Source: Candidatus Colivivens equi
GTDB taxonomy: Bacteria; Bacteroidota; Bacteroidia; Bacteroidales; Bacteroidaceae
Length of the DNA: 44,407 nucleotides
Reading direction: 5' to 3'
Assembly (NCBI GenBank): GCA_018066015.1
Contig: JAGHSE010000299.1
Span: 1-44,407 of the forward strand
This document shows, in pieces, positions 1-8,815 of this stretch (position 1 is the stretch's first letter; each line of letters begins with the position of its first letter). The notes beneath the pieces were generated by a model. The model was not told the origin of the DNA, did not search any database, and saw only the letters and a list, made by a program, of their open reading frames with translations. The translations under genes were made by a program, and so were the position numbers.

Positions 1-871
1 CTACATACTCATTACTACTAATAAACTTTCTATTTACAAACAACTGATTTCCGTTCCTTTTAAAATTATAAATGCCATCCAACATTAGAACTAATGCCAT
101 AGCTGTCAAAGCGCCAATAAAAGGTGGAAGATTTGTCAGCCTGCTAAATGACGGCACAAACCATATTGAAGCCAAACCGATAATTAACAACAATATTTTC
201 TGCCAGCCAGGCAAATATACATCATCATCACCTATCCCTAATGTTGAGGAAACTTCAACACGACCTATCATAAATTTGCCTATTAGTAGATTAAATACCA
301 CCAAACTTGTCAATGCAGGAATGATAAGACCTGCAAAAAAGTCTGTTGGAGTGATAACGTTATGGGCCCACATCATTAAGCTTGTCATTCCACCAATTAC
401 AGAAACTGATCCTCCTAGATTAGCGGCCACCAATATGACACATGAATAAACTATTCTTTGAGAATGAGAACGAACTATTCTAGTCATAATCATCATCATA
501 AGTACAACTGTTGTTAAATTTTCCACATTTGCAGATATAACGAATGTAAGCAATGAAAGATACCATAACAATGCTCTGCTGTTACGAGTTCTTAGTAAAG
601 TCTTTAATGAGTCAAACACACCATTGTTATTCATTATTTTGATGATAGTATTAGTAGCTATCAAAAATAAAATTACCTCCAATGCCTTTTGAATGTAATG
701 GTTCCATTGTGTATTATGAATATTATCGCCTCCAAGTAATAATACCACCCAAACTGCTACACCTGTGAACATTGCAAGAGCTGCTCGATTGATGTGATTA
801 AGACGATCTGTACTCATTAATAAATAACTCGCCAAAAGTACAGCTGCTATTGTTAATTCTATTAAAAACAT
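1..871 (-). CDS. ArsB/NhaD-superfamily ion transporter (NhaD-like antiporter / citrate-transporter-domain permease); C-terminus lies beyond the window edge
   Basis: Absent from the ORF track because it runs off the edge. My reverse-complement translation from ATG 871-869 reads MFLIELTIAAVLLASYLLMSTDRLNHINRAALAMFTGVAVWVV...VAANLGGSVSVIGGMTSLMMWAHN... and stays open to position 2. It is multi-pass hydrophobic. A TAAGTTTG -7 box lies 18 nt upstream. Confidence 0.6.
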   Translation of the reverse strand, partial: MFLIELTIAAVLLASYLLMSTDRLNHINRAALAMFTGVAVWVVLLLGGDNIHNTQWNHYIQKALEVILFLIATNTIIKIMNNNGVFDSLKTLLRTRNSRALLWYLSLLTFVISANVENLTTVVLMMMIMTRIVRSHSQRIVYSCVILVAANLGGSVSVIGGMTSLMMWAHNVITPTDFFAGLIIPALTSLVVFNLLIGKFMIGRVEVSSTLGIGDDDVYLPGWQKILLLIIGLASIWFVPSFSRLTNLPPFIGALTAMALVLMLDGIYNFKRNGNQLFVNRKFISSNEYV

Positions 872-888
872 ATTCTTGAAATTTTCTG

Positions 889-896
889 CAAACTTA
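889..896 (-). promoter_or_regulatory. Bacteroidota -7 promoter box (TAAGTTTG = TAnnTTTG) for the transporter gene
   Basis: Reverse complement of caaactta, 18 nt upstream of ATG 871. Confidence 0.45.
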
Positions 897-971
897 CACA
901 AAAAAAATGACATATAAGCTTTTTATTTAATAAAAGATAACATCTATTACACCTAATTCATTTTTATTTAG

Positions 972-979
972 TATATTTG
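972..979 (+). promoter_or_regulatory. Bacteroidota -7 promoter box (TATATTTG) for the NlpC/P60 gene
   Basis: TAnnTTTG match 23 nt upstream of ATG 1002. It is divergent from the 889-896 box. Confidence 0.45.
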
Positions 980-1001
980 CAAAAAGTATGTGCATATTTA
1001 C

Positions 1002-2309
1002 ATGAAGTTTAAATTTTCAACTCTAATTCTGTTGTGGATACTATCAATGAACTTTTGTATGTCACAGGAGAACAAAACTACAAAACTTATTTTTGCAGGA
1101 GATATTGATTTACTTCATTCAGAATCGTCAAAGTCCAATGAAGCTGATATTGTATTTGCCACATTGAAAGCCAATGTCAGTTCAAATACAGAAAGTAATC
1201 TAAACAAATATAAGGACATTAATTTAGTTTTGTCATTATCATCCAGCCATGTTACAAAAGGAAGCCAGACAGAAATTTCCCATACCATAGCAGAACTTCA
1301 AAAAGCCAATATCAACTATGCAGGCCTTAGGTTATTCCAAGACTTTACCACTTTTTCAAGTAAAGGCCTGAAATATGGATTTGCCTCATTTGGATCCACT
1401 CCATCCTCTCTCACGAAAAAAGACTCAGTCATTATAAAGACCATCATTTCAAGATTAAAATTTAAAACTGATATTGTTGTCATAGGCTATTCATTTGACT
1501 CACCAAGGGCATTAAAGCATAAAGAGAAAGATTATCTTGAAGAATTAAAATATTTCACCCATCTTTGCGTAGATGCTGGTGCTGATATAGTTTTTGTATC
1601 AGGATATCCTTCTGCTCTTCCCCTAGAACTGTATTGTGACCGTCTTATTATTTATGGTCAGGCCAAAAATCTTATACAAATAGAAACCAGCTATGATGGG
1701 GCCTTTCAAGATGGAAAGTTTCTCATGGGAGGAAATGATATAAAAGAACTTACACATGAATACTTTCCTCTCAGTTCCTTACAAATGGACAAAAAGGGCA
1801 TTTTAAAGTCCAATTCAACTCAACCACAAGGAATTGCACAAAAATTACTGACTGAAGCAGCAAAATATAGAGGTCGTCCATATAAATCAGGAGGTTCTGG
1901 ACCCAAACAATTTGATTGTTCTGGTTTCACAAGTTTTGTATATCGTCTATTCGGTTTTTCACTTCCTCATTCCTCTGGAGCTCAGTTTCAAATGGGAACA
2001 AATGTAAAACGTAACGAATTACAACCTGGAGATCTTGTATTCTTTAGCCGACCTGCAACAGGACGAGGAGTTGGGCATGTAGGCATCGTATATAGTGTTG
2101 ATAAAACAAATGGCAATTTTACATTTATTCACGCTAGTACGTCAAGAGGGATAATGATTGACAATTTTTCCTCCTCTGGTTATTTCATTAAAAGATATAT
2201 AGGAGCAAAGAGAATTTTCCCTGAAAAAAGGCCCGAAATGGTACCTATTTCTAATGACATTGATGGTTTTATAAGTATTTCTAAGAAGTCTAACTTACAA
2301 ACAAAATAA
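1002..2309 (+). CDS. Secreted NlpC/P60-family cell-wall peptidase with an uncharacterised N-terminal domain
   Basis: The track ORF begins at GTG 990; ATG 1002 (MKFKFSTLILLWILSMNFC, signal-like) is the likelier start. The C-terminus carries the NlpC/P60 core FDCSGFTSFVYRLFGFSLPHSS...GDLVFFS...GHVGIVYS...FIHAS (Cys/His catalytic pattern). Confidence 0.85.
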   Translation: MKFKFSTLILLWILSMNFCMSQENKTTKLIFAGDIDLLHSESSKSNEADIVFATLKANVSSNTESNLNKYKDINLVLSLSSSHVTKGSQTEISHTIAELQKANINYAGLRLFQDFTTFSSKGLKYGFASFGSTPSSLTKKDSVIIKTIISRLKFKTDIVVIGYSFDSPRALKHKEKDYLEELKYFTHLCVDAGADIVFVSGYPSALPLELYCDRLIIYGQAKNLIQIETSYDGAFQDGKFLMGGNDIKELTHEYFPLSSLQMDKKGILKSNSTQPQGIAQKLLTEAAKYRGRPYKSGGSGPKQFDCSGFTSFVYRLFGFSLPHSSGAQFQMGTNVKRNELQPGDLVFFSRPATGRGVGHVGIVYSVDKTNGNFTFIHASTSRGIMIDNFSSSGYFIKRYIGAKRIFPEKRPEMVPISNDIDGFISISKKSNLQTK

Positions 2310-2312
2310 ATT

Positions 2313-5246
2313 ATGAAAAAGCAATACCTTTTTGCAATTATTTGTGGACTTTTGTTCGCTAACGGCATTAAATCAGTAGCTGAAGAAAGTAGTAATGTCA
2401 TTATCAATGAGATTATGCCTTCTAATATTGATTTATTTGTGGATCCATCATGGAACTTTGGAAGTTTCATTGAACTCTATAACCCAACAGACAAACCGAT
2501 TTCATTGGCATATTATTGTTTGAGTGATGATCCTAGTGATACTCGTAAATGGCGCATGCCTGCGACTATTGGTTCTATTCCTGCTCATGGATTTAAAGCA
2601 ATTTGGTTTGATCACAATGACCAATATTGTCAGACTCAGTGTCAGTTTAAGCTCAATGTAGAAGAAGGTGGTAACATTTCATTGTATGACAATAATGGAC
2701 ATTTACTTGACTCACAAGATTACCCTGTAACTATACATCGTTGTTCTTATGCGCGCAAAACTGATGGAAGCGATGAATGGGGATGGACTAGCGAGGCAAC
2801 TCCTGAAAAAACGAACAATACATCCAAATTTGCAGATGAGCAACTTGCTAAACCTAAGGTCAACGAACCAGGACAGGTATTCAACTCATCACTAAAAATA
2901 GAAGTATCAATACCCGAAGGCGCCACACTACGTTATACCACTAATGGTACTACCCCTACCCTCACGAATGGTTATACATCTACAAATGGTCAATTCACTA
3001 TTACTCAAACTAAAGTATATCGTTTTCGCTTATTCCAGGATGGTAAGTTACCAAGCGACATAACAACCTGTTCTTACATATTAAAAGGTAGCAAGACTTT
3101 CAACGCGCCAATTATTTCAGTTGTTACTGACGATAAGAATATCAATGGCAAAGACTATGGTATCTTTGTAAAAGGAAATGGTCATGGACGTGCTGGAAGA
3201 GGACAAGGAGAACGATGCAACTGGAATATGGACTGGGATCGTCCTGTTTCGTTTGAGTATATACCAGATGGGGGCAAAGCGGTTTTATCACAAGAAGTTA
3301 ATATGAGCGCAGTAGGAGGATGGAGCCGTGCTAACACACCTCATTCATTCAAATTAAAAGCAAATAAAATTTATGGAGAAAAATTCATGAGCTATCCACT
3401 ATTTGAAGACAAGCCTTATAACAAAAATAAAACCCTTCAAATTCGAAATGGAGGTAATGACAATTATTGCCGTATAAAAGATGCTGCATTACAGATGATA
3501 GTTGCTCGCTCTGGAATCGACGTTGACTGGCAAGACTACAAACCTATTTTTGTTTATATTAATGGAACTCTCTACGAAGTTCTGAATATGCGTGAACCAA
3601 ACAACAAGCACTGGGCTTACGCAAATAAAGGCATTGATGACGATTATATGGATCAGTTTGAATATGACCCAGACTCTGGATATGTTCAGCAAGAAGGCAC
3701 AAAGGCTAAATTCAAGGAGTGGTATGACCTATCAAAGAATGCTTCCAACAATACTACATACGAAAAAATCAAACAAATTGTTGACATTGACGAATTCATA
3801 AATTACTTTGCCATCGAGATGTTTCTTGGAGGTAATGATTGGATTGGTAATAGTAATAATGTTAAAGGATACCGTTCTAATCAAGATGATATAAATAGTA
3901 AGTTCCGTTTTACTTTATTTGACCTTGATGCAGCATTCCAAATCACTACTGGAGATGGATGGTGGACTCAACCTCAAAATATGTTCACATATATAGAAAA
4001 TAACCAAACACACCAAAACCAATATCCTCTATACGAACCTGATGGTAGGCAAAAATCAGCAAAACAATACGAGATTGAGCTCATAACAATCTGGTTGAAT
4101 ATGTTGAATAATGCGTATTTCCGAAAACAATTTATTGATACATTCTGTCTTGTTAGTGGAAGTGTATTTGATCCTACATTTGCAAAAAATATAATTACTG
4201 AAGTTACAAAACATGCCAATGAGGTAATGAAACAGGGGAAAGGTGGTTCTGCTGATAACTCTGCGAATGAACTCAAGAATAAATTGACGGCTTCATATCA
4301 AAATACTATGATTGGATATCTTAAGAGCTATTCACGTATGAAGTTATCAAGTACAACAAAGTTCACAGCTAAATTCTCAACAGATACTGAAACTGCAAAA
4401 ATTTATCTTAATGGAATTCCAGTCCCTACAAATAAATTTAACGGAGCATTGTTTGCTCCTGCCAAACTACTAGCTGTTGCTCCAGCTGGATATAAGTTTG
4501 CTGGGTGGAAAGATGTAAGCAAATCTAAAATTATCAGTACAGAAGAAGAATATACATTGCCCACAAATAGCACAGTCAATATTATTGCCACATTCCAAAA
4601 ATTATCTGAAGAGGAATTGAAAGAGCAATTCATCACTCCTATTCGTATCAATGAGGTGAGTGCTGAAAATGATAGTTATATCAATGATTTAGGTAAGAAA
4701 GGTGCTTGGGTTGAACTCTATAATACAACAGACCAAGCCATTGATATTGCTGGGATGTATCTTTCTGATAACAAGAGTAAACCTCACAAATATCAATTTA
4801 TGAAAAACGAAAATATCAACACTATCATACGGCCTCATGGGTTCTTAATTGTTTGGTGTGATAAGAAAGATGCTATCAACCAAATCCATACATCGTTTAA
4901 ATTAAACAATGACGATGGAAGTATTTTGATGTTGACGGCAGAAGATGATAGTTGGACTGACATTTTTGAATATAATGAACAATACACCAATCAAACTTAT
5001 GGTCGCTACCCTGATGGTGCAAATCAAATGATGGTAATGGGTGTTTCTACAATTGGCAGAACCAATATTAAGAGCACATACGATGAGCCATTTATTACAG
5101 ATATCGAAAATATTTCCACTGGAGAAATTGCAGATATTAATAATGGCATATATGACCTTCAAGGAAGAAAAATATCAACCCGCATGAATCTGCCTGCTGG
5201 AATTTATATCCAAAATGGAAAGAAAGTTTTAATAATGACAAAATAA
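2313..5246 (+). CDS. CotH-kinase-family protein flanked by two lamin-tail domains (LTD), with a T9SS C-terminal sorting domain
   Basis: N- and C-terminal LTD signatures (INEIMPSN...FIELYNPTD; RINEVSAEND...WVELYNTTD). A CHB_HEX_C-like GATLRYTTNGTTPT motif. A central CotH-like core (LQIRNGGND...KDAALQ...MREPNNKHW...FTLFDLDAAF). C-terminal GIYDLQGRKIS...LPAGIYIQNGKKVLI resembles a type A T9SS CTD. N-terminal signal peptide. Confidence 0.8.
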   Translation: MKKQYLFAIICGLLFANGIKSVAEESSNVIINEIMPSNIDLFVDPSWNFGSFIELYNPTDKPISLAYYCLSDDPSDTRKWRMPATIGSIPAHGFKAIWFDHNDQYCQTQCQFKLNVEEGGNISLYDNNGHLLDSQDYPVTIHRCSYARKTDGSDEWGWTSEATPEKTNNTSKFADEQLAKPKVNEPGQVFNSSLKIEVSIPEGATLRYTTNGTTPTLTNGYTSTNGQFTITQTKVYRFRLFQDGKLPSDITTCSYILKGSKTFNAPIISVVTDDKNINGKDYGIFVKGNGHGRAGRGQGERCNWNMDWDRPVSFEYIPDGGKAVLSQEVNMSAVGGWSRANTPHSFKLKANKIYGEKFMSYPLFEDKPYNKNKTLQIRNGGNDNYCRIKDAALQMIVARSGIDVDWQDYKPIFVYINGTLYEVLNMREPNNKHWAYANKGIDDDYMDQFEYDPDSGYVQQEGTKAKFKEWYDLSKNASNNTTYEKIKQIVDIDEFINYFAIEMFLGGNDWIGNSNNVKGYRSNQDDINSKFRFTLFDLDAAFQITTGDGWWTQPQNMFTYIENNQTHQNQYPLYEPDGRQKSAKQYEIELITIWLNMLNNAYFRKQFIDTFCLVSGSVFDPTFAKNIITEVTKHANEVMKQGKGGSADNSANELKNKLTASYQNTMIGYLKSYSRMKLSSTTKFTAKFSTDTETAKIYLNGIPVPTNKFNGALFAPAKLLAVAPAGYKFAGWKDVSKSKIISTEEEYTLPTNSTVNIIATFQKLSEEELKEQFITPIRINEVSAENDSYINDLGKKGAWVELYNTTDQAIDIAGMYLSDNKSKPHKYQFMKNENINTIIRPHGFLIVWCDKKDAINQIHTSFKLNNDDGSILMLTAEDDSWTDIFEYNEQYTNQTYGRYPDGANQMMVMGVSTIGRTNIKSTYDEPFITDIENISTGEIADINNGIYDLQGRKISTRMNLPAGIYIQNGKKVLIMTK

Positions 5247-8200
5247 TGAACAAATTTAACCTATTTACATTCTGCTGCGCATTATGGTTATGTGCAACAT
5301 TACAAACTTTAGCCAAGGATGGTGACAAGGAAAAAATGATTATCAACGAAATCATGCCTGCCAATCTTGATATGTTTATGGATCCATCATGGAATTATGG
5401 TGGTTTCATTGAGTTGTATAACACTACTGATGTTTCAGTATCAATCAAGTTGTATTATCTCAGTGATGATGCTAACAATTTAAAAAAATGGAGAATTCCT
5501 AGCTCTATGGCCAATATTCCATCTCATGGATTCAAAACTATATGGTTTGACCACAATGATGAGTATTGCAGAACTCAATGCTCATTCAAGCTAAATGTAG
5601 AAGAAGGTGGAACAATATATCTATCTGATACTAATGGAAACTTAGTCGCAAAACAAGATTATCCAATAGCTATACGTCGTTGTTCATATGCAAGAAAACA
5701 AGATGGAGGTGATGAATGGGGGTGGACTGGTAATGCTACACCAGACAAAACCAATTCTACCTCTAAATTTGCTGAAGAACAATTATCTTTACCTGTAGTA
5801 AATAAACCTGGGCAAGTTTTTACAGGAACATTGCAAGTGACAGTCAACATACCACAAGGTGCCACATTGAGATATACGACCAATGGCTCAACTCCTACGT
5901 TGGAAAACGGAAGTACTTCTACTACAGGCATATTTACTGTAACTAAATCAACCCCATATCGCTTTCGCCTTTTCAAAGACGGATATCTGCCAAGTGATGT
6001 AAAGACTTGTTCATATATATATAAGGACAAAAATTTCAATGCTCCAATAATATCTATTGTGTCAGATGACAACAATATTAATGGAGCAGAATATGGAATT
6101 TTCAATCAAGGCAAAGGTAATGGTCGTGCAGGTCGAGGACAAAGTGCAAGATGTAATTGGAATATGGATTGGGATCGTCCTGTTTCATTTGAGTATATTC
6201 CCGATAGTAAAGAAGTTGCTTTTGCTCAAGAAGTCAACATGGCTGCAGTTGGCGGTTGGAGCCGCGCATGGACTCCGCACTCTTTCAAACTGAAAGCTAA
6301 TAAAGTGTACGGCATAAAGTATATGCCATATGCTTTTTTTGAAGATAAACCTTACAACAAAAACAAAACTCTACAAATTCGTAATGGAGGAAACGATTGT
6401 TATACTGGATGCCGTATTAAAGATGCTGCCTTGCAGTCAATAATCGCACGTTCTGGAATTGACGTTGACTGGCAAGACTATAAACCTGTCTTTGTATATA
6501 TTAATGGCAAGCTATACAATGTACTTAATATGCGCGAACCAAATAATAAAGATTGGGTATATGCAAATAGGGGAATAAGCGATGAAGATCTAGATCAATT
6601 TGAATATGACCCAGACTCTGGATATGTACAAAAAGAGGGTACAAAAGAAAAGTTCCTTGAGTGGTATAATCTTACAAAACAACCTAACACACCTGAAAAC
6701 TACGAAAAAATCAAGCAATTGGTTGACATTGACGAGTTTATTAACTACTTTGCATTGGAAATGTATCTTTGTAGTGATGACTGGCTTGCTAACAGCAACA
6801 ACATAAAGGGATATTGCCCTAGACTTGAAGGTGGTAAATTCCGTTTCACTTTGTTTGACCTTGATGCTTCATTCAACATCACTGGAAATATGTTTAATGT
6901 TGTACAAAATACTCAATACAAAAAACTTGCAAATTTATATACCCCTAGTGGGACTATTACAGAAAATAAGACCGTTGAATTAGAATTGGCTACGATTTGG
7001 CTAAATATGCTTAATTATCAAGAGTTTCGCAAACAATTTATTGATGCTTTTTGTCTTGTAGTTGGCAGTGTTTTTGACCCTGTTAATTCTGCATCTATCA
7101 TTAAGGAAATTGCAACAAGAGCCGCCTCTGTAATGTCCGTTGCAGGTCATGACTCTCCTTGGAATACAGCTAATGAAGTCATTAACATGCTTTCTGCTGA
7201 TAGGCAAAATCAACAAATCAACAACTTAAAGAATTATACTAAGATGCAAATGAATGGAGTAAAATCAATTCAGGCAACTCTTGTTAGTAATTTGAATAGC
7301 AGTAAGATTCTCCTTAATAATCAAGCCATTCCATTCAATAAATTCAGTGGCACACTATTTCTACCTGCTACTATAACCGCAGAAGCACCTGCTGGATATA
7401 AATTCAAAGGATGGCAAAAATATAGCTCTACGGGGCTTTATCCTTTATTTGACAACGACGATTCATGGTCTTATTATGACAAAGGTAGTCTTGATGGCAA
7501 AAATTGGAAAGCAACATCCTACTCTACATCAGGATGGAGTACTGGAAATGCCCCACTTGGATATATTAATGGCGACACATGGCCTGATATTCACATAAAG
7601 ACAAAAACTACTGAAAAACATCCTACATACTATTTTCGCAAGACATTCAACTTGGATGTAGTTCCTACTGCCGATGATCAATTTGAGCTGTCATTCATGG
7701 CTGATGATGGTTGTGTCGTGTACATTAATGGTAAAGAAGTTGGCAGATGGAATATGCCAAGCGGAACTATTACATACAGCACATTTGCGACAACTTATTG
7801 TGACCAATATTCATTTCCACAGGTAATGACTATACCTGCATCATATTTCACTAGTGGGAATAACGTCATCGCTGTAGAAGTCCACAATAATAACGACACG
7901 TCATCTGATGCTGTATGGTTTGCAACACTCTCTACCACTGCAAGAAAAGTGTCTGATGAGGAACTTATATCTACTGATTCACAAATCAAACTGACTGATA
8001 ACGCTCAATTAATAGCTATTTTTGAGAAAGAAAATGACGAAGAAATATTTGCTCTTAATCACGTACCAGTCCGCATCAACGAAGTTAGTGCAGACAACGA
8101 TGTGTTTATCAACGACTTATATAAGAAAGCCCCATGGGTAGAATTGTATAATACAACAGACAAAGCTATTGACATTGCAGGAATGTCATTATCAGATAAT

Positions 8201-8806
8201 CTTAATAAACCACGTAAATACACGTTTAAGTCAGGAAGCATTTCTACTGTCATTGAGCCTCATGGTTTCTTGGTAGTTTGGTGCGACAAGAAGAATGCAG
8301 AGAGTCAACTACATACATCATTTGAAATTGAAAATGATAATGATTGCTATCTTACCCTTACCGCTGAAAATAGCGCATGGGCTGACACACTACAATATAA
8401 CGAACACCTTTATTGTATGTCATATGGACGCTATCCTGATGGTAGCAATAAAATTATGGCTATGAATCATCCAACTATAGGTGGTAGCAACATCATAACT
8501 TCCTACGACACTATTCATACCGAAACACGTCCACAGCCCACTGATATTGAAGTAATTAATACTTATGCCAGCAATAGCGAACTCAGTATTAAATATTCAC
8601 ACGGATATATTCTTGCAAAAAGTGAACAATGTCGTACAATCGAGCTCAATATCTCTACTATCTCTGGTCAGACAATTCGTACGACGACATTAAACATGAA
8701 TAATGGCATTAATTCTTACCAAGTACATTTGCCAGCAGGTACATATATTGCAAATATAATTGACAACTACGGTAATCAGTGTGCAACAAAATTTATTATT
8801 CCATAA
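5246..8806 (+). CDS. CotH-kinase-family protein, larger paralog of the upstream gene: LTD-CotH-beta-sandwich insert-LTD-T9SS CTD
   Basis: Collinear with 2313-5246 over most of its length with many identical peptide blocks. It has an extra roughly 170-aa insert (TYYFRKTFNLD...FMADDGCVVYINGKEVGRWNMP...NNVIAVEVHNNND), which looks like a galactose-binding-like/GH2-N-type beta-sandwich. C-terminal LPAGTYIANIID...KFIIP is T9SS-CTD-like. Its ATG overlaps the upstream TAA (TAATG). Confidence 0.8.
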   Translation: MNKFNLFTFCCALWLCATLQTLAKDGDKEKMIINEIMPANLDMFMDPSWNYGGFIELYNTTDVSVSIKLYYLSDDANNLKKWRIPSSMANIPSHGFKTIWFDHNDEYCRTQCSFKLNVEEGGTIYLSDTNGNLVAKQDYPIAIRRCSYARKQDGGDEWGWTGNATPDKTNSTSKFAEEQLSLPVVNKPGQVFTGTLQVTVNIPQGATLRYTTNGSTPTLENGSTSTTGIFTVTKSTPYRFRLFKDGYLPSDVKTCSYIYKDKNFNAPIISIVSDDNNINGAEYGIFNQGKGNGRAGRGQSARCNWNMDWDRPVSFEYIPDSKEVAFAQEVNMAAVGGWSRAWTPHSFKLKANKVYGIKYMPYAFFEDKPYNKNKTLQIRNGGNDCYTGCRIKDAALQSIIARSGIDVDWQDYKPVFVYINGKLYNVLNMREPNNKDWVYANRGISDEDLDQFEYDPDSGYVQKEGTKEKFLEWYNLTKQPNTPENYEKIKQLVDIDEFINYFALEMYLCSDDWLANSNNIKGYCPRLEGGKFRFTLFDLDASFNITGNMFNVVQNTQYKKLANLYTPSGTITENKTVELELATIWLNMLNYQEFRKQFIDAFCLVVGSVFDPVNSASIIKEIATRAASVMSVAGHDSPWNTANEVINMLSADRQNQQINNLKNYTKMQMNGVKSIQATLVSNLNSSKILLNNQAIPFNKFSGTLFLPATITAEAPAGYKFKGWQKYSSTGLYPLFDNDDSWSYYDKGSLDGKNWKATSYSTSGWSTGNAPLGYINGDTWPDIHIKTKTTEKHPTYYFRKTFNLDVVPTADDQFELSFMADDGCVVYINGKEVGRWNMPSGTITYSTFATTYCDQYSFPQVMTIPASYFTSGNNVIAVEVHNNNDTSSDAVWFATLSTTARKVSDEELISTDSQIKLTDNAQLIAIFEKENDEEIFALNHVPVRINEVSADNDVFINDLYKKAPWVELYNTTDKAIDIAGMSLSDNLNKPRKYTFKSGSISTVIEPHGFLVVWCDKKNAESQLHTSFEIENDNDCYLTLTAENSAWADTLQYNEHLYCMSYGRYPDGSNKIMAMNHPTIGGSNIITSYDTIHTETRPQPTDIEVINTYASNSELSIKYSHGYILAKSEQCRTIELNISTISGQTIRTTTLNMNNGINSYQVHLPAGTYIANIIDNYGNQCATKFIIP

Positions 8807-8815
8807 GATATTATT

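Noticed and set aside
72-449. 125-aa plus-strand ORF from the track
   Set aside because: It lies entirely antisense to a long, clearly membrane-protein-like minus-strand frame (1-871) that has its own promoter box. The composition looks like a shadow ORF.
2313-8806. The CotH duplication as an assembly artefact
   Set aside because: The two copies differ at many positions and in domain content (an extra beta-sandwich insert). They are genuinely diverged paralogs, not a collapsed or duplicated repeat.
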